NCBI GenBank assembly: GCA_964036045.1
Contig: OZ038378.1
Span: 199,640,001-199,704,000 of the forward strand
DNA: 64,000 bases
DNA from: Eutreptiella sp. 'Long Island Sound 2002'
Lineage: Eukaryota; Protista; Euglenida
Direction: 5' to 3'
In this document: in pieces, positions 46,581-57,837 of the stretch
Position numbering within the stretch: position 1 is the first letter of the stretch
Layout: each line of letters starts with the position of its first letter
The notes under the pieces: model-generated
The model's input: the letters and a program-made list of their open reading frames with translations, nothing else
Databases searched by the model: none
What the model was told of the DNA's origin: nothing
Position numbers and translations under genes: made by a program

Positions 46581-48935
46581 GTTTTGGCCACTGCTTAAAC
46601 CCTTCTAAGCACAAACTTTTGCCCCCCCCCCCCCCCCCCAAAAAGTGATATCCAGTTTTAGGTGGGGGATTGTCTTATTGGGCAAAATAATGATTTTTCA
46701 AGGGGTTGGACATCAAATATCATGCCTTGGGGTATGCTATGTGAATGACCTCCAAAAAGGGGGGTATACAACGCCCGCGCCTGCGCTTGATCTAACAACC
46801 TCTCTTCAAGGTGATTTCGTTGGGATGATCCCTGATGATCATCCCACATTCATGTTCTTTTCTTTTATTATTCACATTCATATTCATATTCCTTTGTGGC
46901 CATGACAAAATTGCAAACCAAAACAGGTCTGCACAACGTGGCAGCACCCCCATGTGTCACAATGTGCCTTAGCCCATGGACTACACCCCACCCACCCACC
47001 CACCCACCCACCCACCCAAAAGAGCTGACCCCCCCCCCCCAAGGGGGAACTGCGCTTTTCCCAAAATCAGTATTGGGGGGGGGGGGGCAGGGTGTCAGGT
47101 TTTAAATTCCTTAGCATGATCCTAAGGTCATGCCAGACTCAATTAGTTCGATTCCCTTTGGTCTTGGGGGGCGGGGGGTTCAAGGGGGGGCTAACCCCCC
47201 CCTCGTCCTACGGTGTACCGCTATACCAATATCTCCTTGCATTGGACCTTCACCCTCTACCTGTCCACATGAAACGCCCCATCCAGCGCCTAGCTGCACC
47301 CCAAAATGGCGCTGATGCCCAGGCTTTGTTCCCGCCTGGCGGCTTGTGGACATGGGGCTTGCTCCTGGCTAGGACCCGACCCCGAGGGGTGTTCAACCGT
47401 TTTGGGGGTTGTGGGGGGGGGGGGTTCATAGACCCAAACCCACCACCTTTTTGTCGGGTACTTCCGCACAGTTGGGTATGCGGCCTATGAGTGATCCGAG
47501 AGTTCACACCGCCCCTTACCCCAATAGAGGGTAGGGATCATCAGCTTGGGTATTTCCAGCCACACTGGGAACCTCAAGATGGTAGGCTCCTGAGGCGGTC
47601 ATGGGATTAGAGTTAGAGATACAAAAGATGCAACGAAGGGAAGGGAAGGGAAGGGCCTACTACCTGTTGCACAGGTTGCAAACAGGGACGACTTTTCAGG
47701 GAAGGGCCTAAGACCAACAGTGGCTACTTGGAGCACTATGCAACCACCGGCGCTCGAAGAGCCCAAGAGTGGGCAACAAAGAAGAAAGAAAGAGCGCACT
47801 GTGTAACCACCGGCGCTCAGTCCCCAACACTCAATGCGGGGGATGAAATCTGAAGTGGGAAGGAAATGGGCAGAAAATTGTTCAACATGCCGTTGGCATA
47901 TGTGAAATCCCCTGAAAAATCTGAGCATTTTGAGGAGAAACACATGTGGTGAAAACAAAAAGTCACCCCCTGCCGTAAGACTAAAGCAAAATCTCCAGCG
48001 CCTGTGGCGCCCACAGAACCCATTGTTCTGTGCCACCGTTGTGGGGTCCGTAGTGGGGGTCCCACCCCCCACCTTGGGTCCTGGCCGGCAGCAACCCCCA
48101 TGCTTGTGGAGCCATCCTGCCGTTCTCTCCCGCGGGGTCACGCCCCTGTCTCCTACGGGGGCACTGCACGGGTGGCACAGTCGCTGTAATATGAGCCGTT
48201 CCGTTTGCCTTGGCCGTTGAGGGGGCGGGCACGCGGCACATGGACCACGTGACCACCAGTGCCGGAAACCTGTCCGCCGTGACCGCCTGAGCACATGTCG
48301 CGAATTTGACAGGCGGAACTCGCGATTTGCCAGGAGGGGGGGATGGCAGTCCAATTGCGACAAGGTGCCGAAAATTGCCGGAAATTGCAGGAAAATTGCG
48401 TTACCGCAAGCAACCCCCTCAACCCCAAGGAAACAAAACTTCTGGACAGTTGGAAAACACTTTTTGTTTGCAATGTACAACTTGGTCCAAAGGCATTGCC
48501 ATCATGGAATTGAAGCATGGTACGAAGGAGGGCGTCTGTTGAGCAGGGGGGAGGGGGGGTCTGGGACCCAAAAGTTTGTGTACCAAAAATGGCCCCACAA
48601 CATTTTCCCTATTGTAAATTTCATGTTCCCCACGATGGTCACTTTGGTCTGGGGGGATGAGACCCCATGAAAAAACAGACAAAATAAACTTCGGTCAAGG
48701 GGGGGGGAAGGGGGTCCCCTTTGGTTCTTAATCATGCTAAGAACGCCCTGGTGGTGGATGTTGTCATCCCAATTTGTGCTGACGCTTGGAATCACTGCTG
48801 CTCTGGAAGGAAAACCATTCCACATCACCACCAGAAGTTCGCTGTGAAATCAAGAAAAGCGCCTTCAAAAGCAAAAGCCATCAACCAGCGCGCCCACCTC
48901 AACCTGTGACCTCGGCAAACGCCCCTGGGGCACAC

Positions 48936-49358
48936 CTTGTACTTCTTCCGGATGCCCGCCTCCTGCCTCCGGTTCTCCTCGATGTCCTCCTCCAGCTTCC
49001 GCTTGCGCACCTGCTCCTCATCCAACTGCTTCTGCAGCTCCTCCTCGCTCTCCAGCGTGAAGGTGTCCACGGAGGACACGAACAGCCGCTGCACGTCCTT
49101 CACCGTGGCCTTTTTGAGGCAGCTCGGCATGGGGCACCGCTTGTCAGTGGCCAGGTGCTTCTCAATGCATTTCAGCCCAAACACGTGGCCGCATTTGAGG
49201 GAGGCCACTTGGTGGTCCCCGGAGTCCCCAAACTTCTCGTTGCACAGCACGCACTGCGTGCGCTGTGGAGCGTCCTCGTCGCTGGGCGCCGGGCGCGGCA
49301 CCACGTCCTTCGCGGGGCCGGCGCTGGAGGGCACGGCCGGGGGGCTGCAGCGCAACAT
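48936..49358 (-). CDS. RFWD3: RFWD3-like exon 1 (RING finger + coiled coil); whole CDS ~815 aa
   Basis: CVLCNEKFGDSGDHQVASLKCGHVFGLKCIEKHLATDKRCPMPSC has the RFWD3-type GxH(R/Q)xxSLxCGHxFG signature, followed by a coiled coil and AAG|GTGTGC; start ATG inferred. Confidence 0.88.
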
Positions 49359-51276
49359 AACCGGAGGGCAGACGGGGCCAGTACCGATGTGGACTATCGG
49401 CCCATGGGGCTCCGAATCACTTGCGCACTGTGCTGGAAAAGACCCTGTTCCTGGACCACAACACAGCAAGGGATCCGTGGTATTGAACCTGTTCATCCAA
49501 AGCACATGCAAATGTAATGCAGCGGATGTGTGAGTGGCCTACACCAATGAGTATTTTTGCCCAAATGTTGCGTGATTTTTGCCATTAGGTCCATCACATC
49601 CATGCACTTTCACCCCTAAACATTCGGTATTTTATAGATCAAGGGCTAGGTGCTCCCCGTACATGTGGCATGAGGGTTGGATCACTGTGCCTATTTGAAA
49701 ACCAACCCTCATGGCCCTGCTACATATGTAGTGTGTTGCTGACAATGACCCCAAAGAGTATTCACTGGAGTGCCCCCTGCTGCGGTCTGGTGCAATGTCC
49801 CAAGCTCCCCCGAAGCCCAAGACGAGCCTCTCTCCCCGATGTCTTCGTGTGCGGGTGGAGTGCAGGCAGCATGGCATATATATGGCTTAGGGCATGGGGG
49901 CTCTACCGGGTCAGGGGTAGATCCCGGTCCGGTCAGAGGTCAGCCGTGGGCTGTGCGTGCTGCCTGCTGGCCCCACTCAGCCCGCACAGCTCTGGGCGTT
50001 GCGGGGGCCTTAGGTTGAGCAACCTGGGTACAGGTTGTGGCTGGGGCATATTCAACATTCATGGGTGAGGCAGGTCGAGCATGCTGCGCTGCACGACAGT
50101 GGTGCGGTCATTTACCAGGCTGCGTGGCGAGGACTTTCTCAGTGTCCTGGGGGGTGTTGCCCCAGCCCCCCCATTTCCACCAGATTCAGTGACGACCTCT
50201 AGGTTCACTCGTGACTGTGGTGTGGGTGGCAATGGCGGCTCTGGCATGTGGAAGGTGCATCGTTGGGCCCTACCGTGGTGTGCACTGCAGCCCCACCATT
50301 TGTGGTGTTGGCTGGGAGTTCAGAGGTAGACGAAAACATAAATCTAATCTGACTCAGCAGGTTGCGTGTATTGGTTTTCCGATTTTTAAGCTGCAGGCAG
50401 TGTGGGGGGTACAAAAAAAATGAAATTGTCTGGCAATATTTTTTTTTGTCTGTGACCACCCTCAGTGGAGGGAATGGAACAAATAATTACAGTGAGAAAA
50501 AACCCCAAAGCATCCCAAATGCTCCTTGTACATACCTTCCAGCCATTGCAATGCAATCCCTACACCTGTCGGCTTGAGGGGTAAACAAACAGCAACAGCA
50601 CCTTTTTATCGCTGTCATCCTAGCCATTGCGGCTTCATTCTCAGCGGTACTACTGCCTCACTACTGCCACCACTGTCACACTGACTGAGGCACTGCCACT
50701 TTGACATTTAGGAATCAGTTGAAATTGCTTCAAAGGAAGAGTTGGGATTGCTTCAAAGGACAATGATGTCTCTCCATAAGAGATAAGATCTGTCCTCAAA
50801 AATTGCTCCTTCGGGCATTGATGGCCTTTACTTGCCCCTTGTTATTCCAGGGCTTTTGCACTGTTTGTGTACTGCGCCACCTATGAGGAATGCCCACTTT
50901 AGCAACCACTTCATACTGACCCTTGGACCATTACGTCCTTTCTTACATCATTCTTTCTTCACCTTTCTTTGACCCGTAATAAGCTAAAGGCTGGAACAAT
51001 CAGCGTGATGCAAACAGTGGGGAGGAGGCCACCACAACGGAAAGACCATATGCACTGCGGTAATATTTTTTTGGCTTGTGAGTTTCCCACTGAATTGATC
51101 ACAGCGCAGCATGCAATGATTGGCCAAGCCCCCCATCCGGCCACACACCCCAAGTGGCACAGACATTTGATCCATCCTTGGCCGGGGGGTTCTTAAGAGA
51201 GAGAGAAAAAAGAAGAAAGGTGTTCCTATACACAGTTGTCCCAAAAAGACCGCGTGTAGCTCATATGTTCAACCAT

Positions 51277-51503
51277 GGTTGGTGGCGGTTGGCAGTTGGT
51301 GGTTGGTGGCGATTGGCGGTTGGCGCAATTGGCGGTTGGCCGTTGGCAACTGGCGGTTGGTGGCGGTTGGTGGTGGTTGGCAGTTGGTGACTGGTGGTTG
51401 GTGGCGGTTGGCAGTGGTTGGCGGTTGGCAGTTGGTCGCCACTGGCGGTTGGCGGCGGTTGGTGGTTGGCAGTTGGCGGTTGGCGGTGGTTGGCAGTTGG
51501 TGG
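51277..51503. repeat. (GGCGGTT/GGTT/GGCAGTT)n G-rich degenerate satellite
   Basis: TTGGTGGCGGTTGGCAGTTGGTGG repeated throughout. Confidence 0.9.
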
Positions 51504-51596
51504 TCCCTTGGGGCGGTCCTTAACCAAAAAAAACAAAAAAAATCTAGTTCCTAAAAGATCCCCCTGATCCTCGCACCTAGCCATGCAGTGGACAGT

Positions 51597-52000
51597 TGGC
51601 ATGACGCCTGGTTGTACTACTGTCTGCAGGTGGTGGCACCCAATTGCCTCTCACCACCTTGTGCCCTCCCTCTTCCTGCATGGCCTATCCTTACCTCCCT
51701 ACTCACCCTTCCTTTCCGTTGGTAGGTTGTGCCAACGAAGCCCCGGTACTGTCCCTGTTTCACTGTTCTGTGTCGGGCCCACATGGAGGAGGGCAACGGC
51801 CCTCGCCATTGGCCAGTTGCGTCCAAGCGGACAGCCCATACCGGCGGTGTGGGAACCCTTCCCAACAGCGGCTTTTGGGCTAGGATGTCCACTTGTGGGG
51901 TCACTTTCCCAACAGGGCCTCATAACAACCTTTAACGTGCCCGTTCTCGCACTCAGTCCAGCTTGTGGCGAGCGCATCCTTTGTCCCCCCGTCCCCGGGC
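51597..52000 (-). repeat. Dispersed copy of the PLE 3'-terminal repeat
   Basis: TGGCATGACGCC...TTGTGCCAACG...GCGTCCAAGCGG...CATAACAACCTTT...CTCAGTCCA...GGCGAGCGCA, colinear with 11449-11965. Confidence 0.8.
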
Positions 52001-53654
52001 CCTCCACCTTGCTTCCATGGTGTGTGTATCGTGTGTCCCTTCCCTCGCGTGGCATGGGTGCGATCCGGGGTGATGGGTGGGGGTGGTGTGGAAGTAGGGT
52101 GATGCGTGGGGATGGTGTAGTAGTAATAATTGGGATCATTAGGGGGCTAATTTTGCGATATTTCCCCCCCGCTGGGTCAAACCCACATTTAACCATTTTG
52201 GCTATGTTACATGGCCCAAAAATCAGGGGAATGAGGCACCAGGTACTCAACTATCGTATACCCTCGTGGGCCTACTAATCTTGATCTCACAAAAACTCTA
52301 TAATGGTGATTCATGGTTGCAAGTTCAAAAGAGGCAACAGCAGGGGGTTCCATCCCCCCACCCCCTTTTACCCACCCTTTAACCAAGCATGAGACCTGTT
52401 GGAAGAATATCAGGAACCCCCAAATTCTACTGCCTATCGGCAAGGCACCTCGAAGCGGGAGGGAGCATGGTCAGTCCATCAGTTAGGTGGTCACAAAGTC
52501 ATTTAGAAGCCCCCTAGCCCAGCTAAAAAAGTCGGTTGTGAATACCAGTGCAGACTTGCAGCACTACCCCTAACCAAACATACATGTCATGGGAAGCATA
52601 TTTGTTAAATGTGGCCCCCTCGTCATCGCGCCAGGAGCGGCCCATGTTCCTCAACGCGGGCCGCCGGACGACCTTATTTTCTATAAAGGTGGCCTGTAGG
52701 CCAAGCCCCTCGGCAATAGCACCCTCGGCGGCGCCGGGCGGCTCGGCCACCGGGGGCCAGCTCCGCTGGGGCGGTAGCATGGGAGGGTGAGTTCGGAAGA
52801 GACATAGTGTTAATAAGCGTCTTGTCCCTCCGTGTCCTCCATAGTAGATGTAGCCGCCTACACCCCCTACTAGGAGAGGGCCGTTGACCACAGAGAGACC
52901 TTTGGCACGGCCTGTCACACCGCAGAGGGCGCCCCATAGGCAGCAGTGACAAAAACCTGAAAAGAGTGCATCAATAGATACCCACAAATGCTGGGCACCT
53001 AACCTGGGCACCATGTGCTTGTTTCCCTCGGGCTGCTATTTTGCTCCACCATCTCAGTTTTGCTTACAGCGGCGGGTCGTGTGGGCCAAAATATTCAGGA
53101 ACCATACAGCAATAACCTGCTTGCGCACCCCCCCACAATTCTCTGCAGAGTGTGCCCCTCAGCTCGCAGCACCACTCATCAACCTGCGGCGGAGTTGCTC
53201 CGGGTGCTCGGACCCAGCGGCACTCACAACACCTGCCGCTGGGCAGTCCAAAGGCTCTGCACGAGTTCAGGGTTGTTTGCACGTATTATGGCTGTCCAAA
53301 TCTTGGCTGGCTCTAAATGCTCGGCCCCGTTATTTAGAAGGGTCGCCGAGATACTGTTTTAGGTCTACGCAATCTCCTCCTGCAGCTCCAAAACAGTCAA
53401 GATACATACTCCCCGGGGGAGTACAGAATTGTGCTTCAGGTTACGAAGGGCCCACAAGCACATCCTGTGGCTTGCAGCTCGCATTGCGTGCAGCCCAGCC
53501 TCCTGGTGGAGAGGCTCCCGGCGTGTAGGCTGAATGCTGAATGCTCCCGCCGCTTTGGATTCTGCAAAAACCAATGCCCTGCACAGTGTGGCTCACGCAA
53601 CAGGTCCGTCGGCCGTTTGTGTTGGCATTCTCCTTACACTGTGTGTACGTGGAA

Positions 53655-53921
53655 TTACATATCACCACCCGTCACCGTACGATCAGCGCCCACTGGCTTC
53701 TTAATCTTCGACCTGCCTGATCGTCTCTTTATGACACGGGCCCAAAACTGGAAGTCCTTGGGGGGCCTACACACACGTGCATCGTGCAACGCTTGCAGCA
53801 GACGTGCTTCCTCAGCCTCCATTGCAGCGTGGCAGTTGTCGTCATCGTGAGTGTGCCCAATCAAATGGCATATGCCATGAGCCAACAGGAATGGAACACG
53901 CTGACTGAAATCGTGAATTCC
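53655..53921 (-). CDS. ybeY: YbeY endoribonuclease, exon 4
   Basis: CAG|GGA; FLLAHGICHLIGHTHDDDNCHAAMEAEEARLL carries the HxxxHxxGxxH zinc motif. Confidence 0.9.
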   Translation of the reverse strand, partial: GIHDFSQRVPFLLAHGICHLIGHTHDDDNCHAAMEAEEARLLQALHDARVCRPPKDFQFWARVIKRRSGRSKIKKPVGADRTVTGGDM

Positions 53922-55027
53922 CTGTGGAGCATGAAAGAACTGACACCACGGGAAACAGAGGTGTAGTGCAGGTAGCGCAGGGTGCACATGTGGGGCAACT
54001 CCCCTGCATCAGGAAATTCCCAATCGCAAGATGCCCAACTTGCTACCCTGATCCGGGTTGCACGTCGCCGAATTTTCTGTCACTTTGGGGGTTGCTGCCA
54101 CCAGCTCCCAGAGATCCGGACAGCAAGATGGCCAACTTGCTGCCCAAAATTGCGCTGACCATCTTGCTTTCAAGAGTTTTGAAGAGAGCAAGTTCCCCAT
54201 CTTGCTTTCTGGAGATAATTGACAAAGTGGCTGATCTTACCAGCAAGCTGGGTAAAGAGCCACCAACTTGCTAACCGAAACGGTCAACTCTTTGGCAATC
54301 TACAATTGTGTATAGAAAATGCCTAACTTGTGGTTGGGGCTTGTGGACATCAATCTGGGCAAGTCAGCCACCCGCTGACCCGGGCCTCTTGCTAACCAAA
54401 GTTAACCAACAGCAAGTGTTGTCCCTGCAGAATTCCAGATGGCAAGTCAGCACAAGGCACAAACTGACGCCTGGAGTGCACGTTGTGTGCACCATCCCCA
54501 CCCCCCGTGCTGGCGCCAGCATGCTCCACACAAGCCTTTCCCGCTTGTTTCCTTCAGCCCTTGTTGCTTCAAGAGCAGCCTGGGCTGGAAATCTTTCCCC
54601 CTGGGTCCCTGCATGCCCCTCTCGATCCTCTGGGAGTACGTCCCTCAGCCATCCCGGATGCAGAAGTAAGGGGCAAAAGCAGCACTTGTGAGAGAAGTGT
54701 CCCACTCTCGCCTGGTAAAATTAATTTCCCCTAGCTGTTAGGGGTAGCTGAGCAGGCTGCCCACCTCTCACAGTTTTTTTTGAACCCACCCTCTTCACCC
54801 CCAACCCAATGGGTGGGCACTCCCTCCTCAAAAGGCGAACACGTACGTACAACCGGAAGTACCAACCGGCAACCAACGCAATGCCAAAGGCGTGTGCTCT
54901 TGCTCATGGTTCCTACAAGTGGCTCTCTCCAAAACCCACCCTCCATAGCTGCTTTGGTGTCCCTGAAGCCCACTGCGAAACCCACGTATGCTTTTGCGGT
55001 CACCGCTAAACGATCGCACCGGCATAC

Positions 55028-55113
55028 TTGGTTGTGTTGCTCCATAACGTATTGGAGAGAAATAACAACGTCACCCAAATCACGTGTGGTCGAGTGGTTC
55101 ACGAGGTGTGCAA
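55028..55113 (-). CDS. ybeY: YbeY exon 3
   Basis: AG/GT-bounded, 86 nt; RDLGDVVISLQYVMEQ. Confidence 0.9.
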
Positions 55114-55205
55114 CTAAATAATCAAACAAAGTTGGATCGGCAAAACGTGTGGTCAAGGTTGCTTTCCGCGGTGAGAACCCAAAAACGCACGAAGTTGGCT
55201 GATAC

Positions 55206-55301
55206 CTGAGTTGGGAAAAGACAACACGTCGGTGGGCTTGTCCTTGCCAACAAAGTGCTTGTTCATGAATTGCATCCGACAGTTATCGACCAACAAAATG
55301 C
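55206..55301 (-). CDS. ybeY: YbeY exon 2
   Basis: AG/GT-bounded, 96 nt; ILLVDNCRMQFMNKHFVGKDKPTDVLSFPNS. Confidence 0.92.
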
Positions 55302-55559
55302 CTTGCGCAAAAGCAAAATACAGGCGTCACTATGCTTGTAAGATGGGCGACGTAGCATGCATTCGGTGTGCAGAGAAAGGTGGCCTAATTTGCAAGACAA
55401 GGTCCGCTTGCACAGTGGGCTGCAAAAAAATCATACAGCAAAACAAGGGGGTGAGGTGGGCATTATACAAAATGCGAAAAAAGTACGCATAGCAGTGCAC
55501 ACATCCACATCCGCAGGCTAGTTGAACAGGTTGCGCGACGAGGAAAGTGGAATGCATAC

Positions 55560-55668
55560 CCATTTCGGTGTCCTTGCAACCAGTGGCATCAAGCAACACG
55601 CGGGCGACGTTCTTGAAGGCGTGTTTCCGAACTCTTACCCACGTTTGGTTGTTTACCACTCGAATCAT
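55560..55668 (-). CDS. ybeY: YbeY exon 1 (start uncertain; frame is open upstream to an ATG at 55833)
   Basis: MIRVVNNQTWVRVRKHAFKNVARVLLDATGCKDTEM G|GTATGC. Confidence 0.8.
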
Positions 55669-56237
55669 GTCAATGAGGGTGCAGATGACCCCACGAACAA
55701 GAAATGACCAGGGGTATTGGCAAAGGTTTATCGCAAAGCATAGCGCATGCTGCTTACAAAAATACAATAAGACCACAATGATTGATAATGATAATTGCTG
55801 ACCTATTGCTTGAGATGTGAAATGCAACGCCATCTTGAAAACTATCATCAGAAGAAGTGGCGCGCTACGCACTCGTTGTTTACTGGATTATGGATTTCTC
55901 CGCCTGTATTTCGAAATGCCACACTTAAATGGAGCACAAATGCCCCCACGCTGGTTGTACAATCCTCAACTGCACTCGCGGCCCGCATTTCCAATGTGCA
56001 AATTTCACTCCTTGCATCAACCTCGGAATCATTCACTTATTCATCTGTTCTTTCTCACCAACAATCATCGAACATACTATGCCAAAGACAGGCCCCGCAC
56101 TTGCTGCAGATTTATTAAAATACTGTGGACCACAGTATCGATTGAGCACATAAAACCGGAATGTGGAGACCGTTATAGGGACCTTGTCCCGTGAGAATGC
56201 CTCTACATGCAATGCCCTTTGCAGGCATAGAGCACAC

Positions 56238-56445
56238 ATGTCGTGGCGTAAAGTGGAAACACCAGGAGAATATGGTGGGGTTAATGTTTCAAGTGAGATC
56301 GTAGTGCAGACGAACGACAAAGCGGAGTACATATTGCCACGTAGTGCCACCACCCTCTCGAAGTTGCTGAATGATCTGCTGCAAGATAACGAAGGAGAGG
56401 AAAGCACCACGGTGCCTTTGGCCAACGTGGATGCAAACACATTTG
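56238..56445 (+). CDS. SKP1: SKP1-like protein, exon 1
   Basis: MSWRKV...IVVQTNDKAEYILPRSATTLSKLLNDLLQD...TVPLANVDANTF G|GTATGC (POZ domain). Confidence 0.88.
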
Positions 56446-56600
56446 GTATGCAATTGTTTGAGGTTCAAAACAGTGGCACGGCTCTCCAGGAGCCTGTGTG
56501 ATCAGGAAAGGAAGAGAGCGAAGGCATAGACATATAGGTAGGAGCGCTGTTATCCAGTGCGTTTTCGACCAAATTTCCTCAGCCTTCCATGCTTCTTTAG

Positions 56601-56875
56601 AGTCTGTAGCCGACTACCTGGTCCACTACATCGAACCCAACAAGCCGGCGGTTCTTGAGAAGCCGTTGAAAGCAGCCCTTCCCGAGTTGCTGAACGAGTG
56701 GGACAGGGACTACGTGTACAAGAAGCTCTACAAGGACGGGAACGAGAAGGAGCATGGCCTGCTGTTTGCCACCCTCTTGGCTGCAAATTTCCTTGGTATT
56801 GAGCCCCTGCGAGACCTTTGCTGCGCGGCCATCGCGAACATGCTGCGTGGCAAGACGCCAGAGCAGATCATGGAG
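56601..56875 (+). CDS. SKP1: SKP1-like exon 2
   Basis: AG/GT-bounded, 275 nt; EWDRDYV...LFATLLAANFLGIEPLRDLCCAAIANMLRGKTPEQIME. Confidence 0.95.
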
Positions 56876-57614
56876 GTGTGCAGCATTTCCGAAGTGCTCC
56901 TCAAAGAGATTCCCCATTCAATTTGTTGGGTTGAGGCAGGTATTTCTGGCCCGGAAAGGAATCCAGTAAATTCGGGGGCGTAGGTTCGATTTATGGCATC
57001 AGTAAAGACAGAAGGTGGTACTTCAACAACCACGGTTGTCAATGTTACATGGTTTCTCTGAGGCCCAACAAAATGTTCGACAGGCAGTCAAAATGGACAG
57101 GAAACAAAAACAATTCAAGCGCGCTCTGCCATGGGTAGCCGCAGGAACAAGAGCACCACCAGCGTTATTTTCGAGAGACACCCTTAGTGGGTTGCAGCAC
57201 GGGCTGCAGCCGACCAAAACGTGCTCAGTTGAGTTGTTTTGCAAGCTTTGATGATGATATCTTCAAATTATAGACCCAACATAAAGAAACGCGTTTTGAC
57301 AGTGGCAAGAAAATTCGTTCAGTTGGTGAGCATGTCGCAGGCGTCTTCGTTCCAAAACAAATAGAGACCACGTCTCAAAAGCGTGGTCGGGCTCAAGGCA
57401 GTGACACGTTGATTGTTCTCAAATCGCAAAGCCCATAGTGCATGTTCGTTCCTCAGTGCCACGCTTCCGTTGCTCGGTCGAGAGGTAAGTCGGGATATTT
57501 TAGTGGTGGAAGGGGGCATTTTTGCTGTTGCTCTGGAGTGGATGCCGGAGGAATTGGGGACGAAATCAAAAGAGGTCCTTTGAGTTTTGCGTCTTTTCGA
57601 TTTGTCCAACGCAT

Positions 57615-57615
<1 letters not shown>

Positions 57616-57654
<39 letters not shown>

Positions 57655-57655
57655 C
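57616..57655. repeat. (CT)n microsatellite in SKP1 intron 2
   Basis: TCTCTCTC... run of about 16 units. Confidence 0.95.
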
Positions 57656-57750
57656 CTTTCTTCCTTCTGTCAATTGCTACGCCCATGTTGTCAAATTTGT
57701 CAGCTCCTGCCCATTCCTCCTTTACCGTTACTAATTCTTGTGCACGACAG

Positions 57751-57837
57751 CTTTTCGACGTCACGGAGCCATTTACGCCTGAGGAGGAGGCAAATGTCGA
57801 GAAGCAGTATCCTTGGATCAAGCCTGATCGTGACTGA
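57751..57837 (+). CDS. SKP1: SKP1-like exon 3
   Basis: CAG|CTT; LFDVTEPFTPEEEANVEKQYPWIKPDRD*. Confidence 0.92.
   Translation, partial: LFDVTEPFTPEEEANVEKQYPWIKPDRD

Noticed and set aside
4411-57750. Euglenid non-conventional introns in the modelled genes
   Set aside because: All modelled junctions in the four spliced genes are canonical GT-AG with consistent phases
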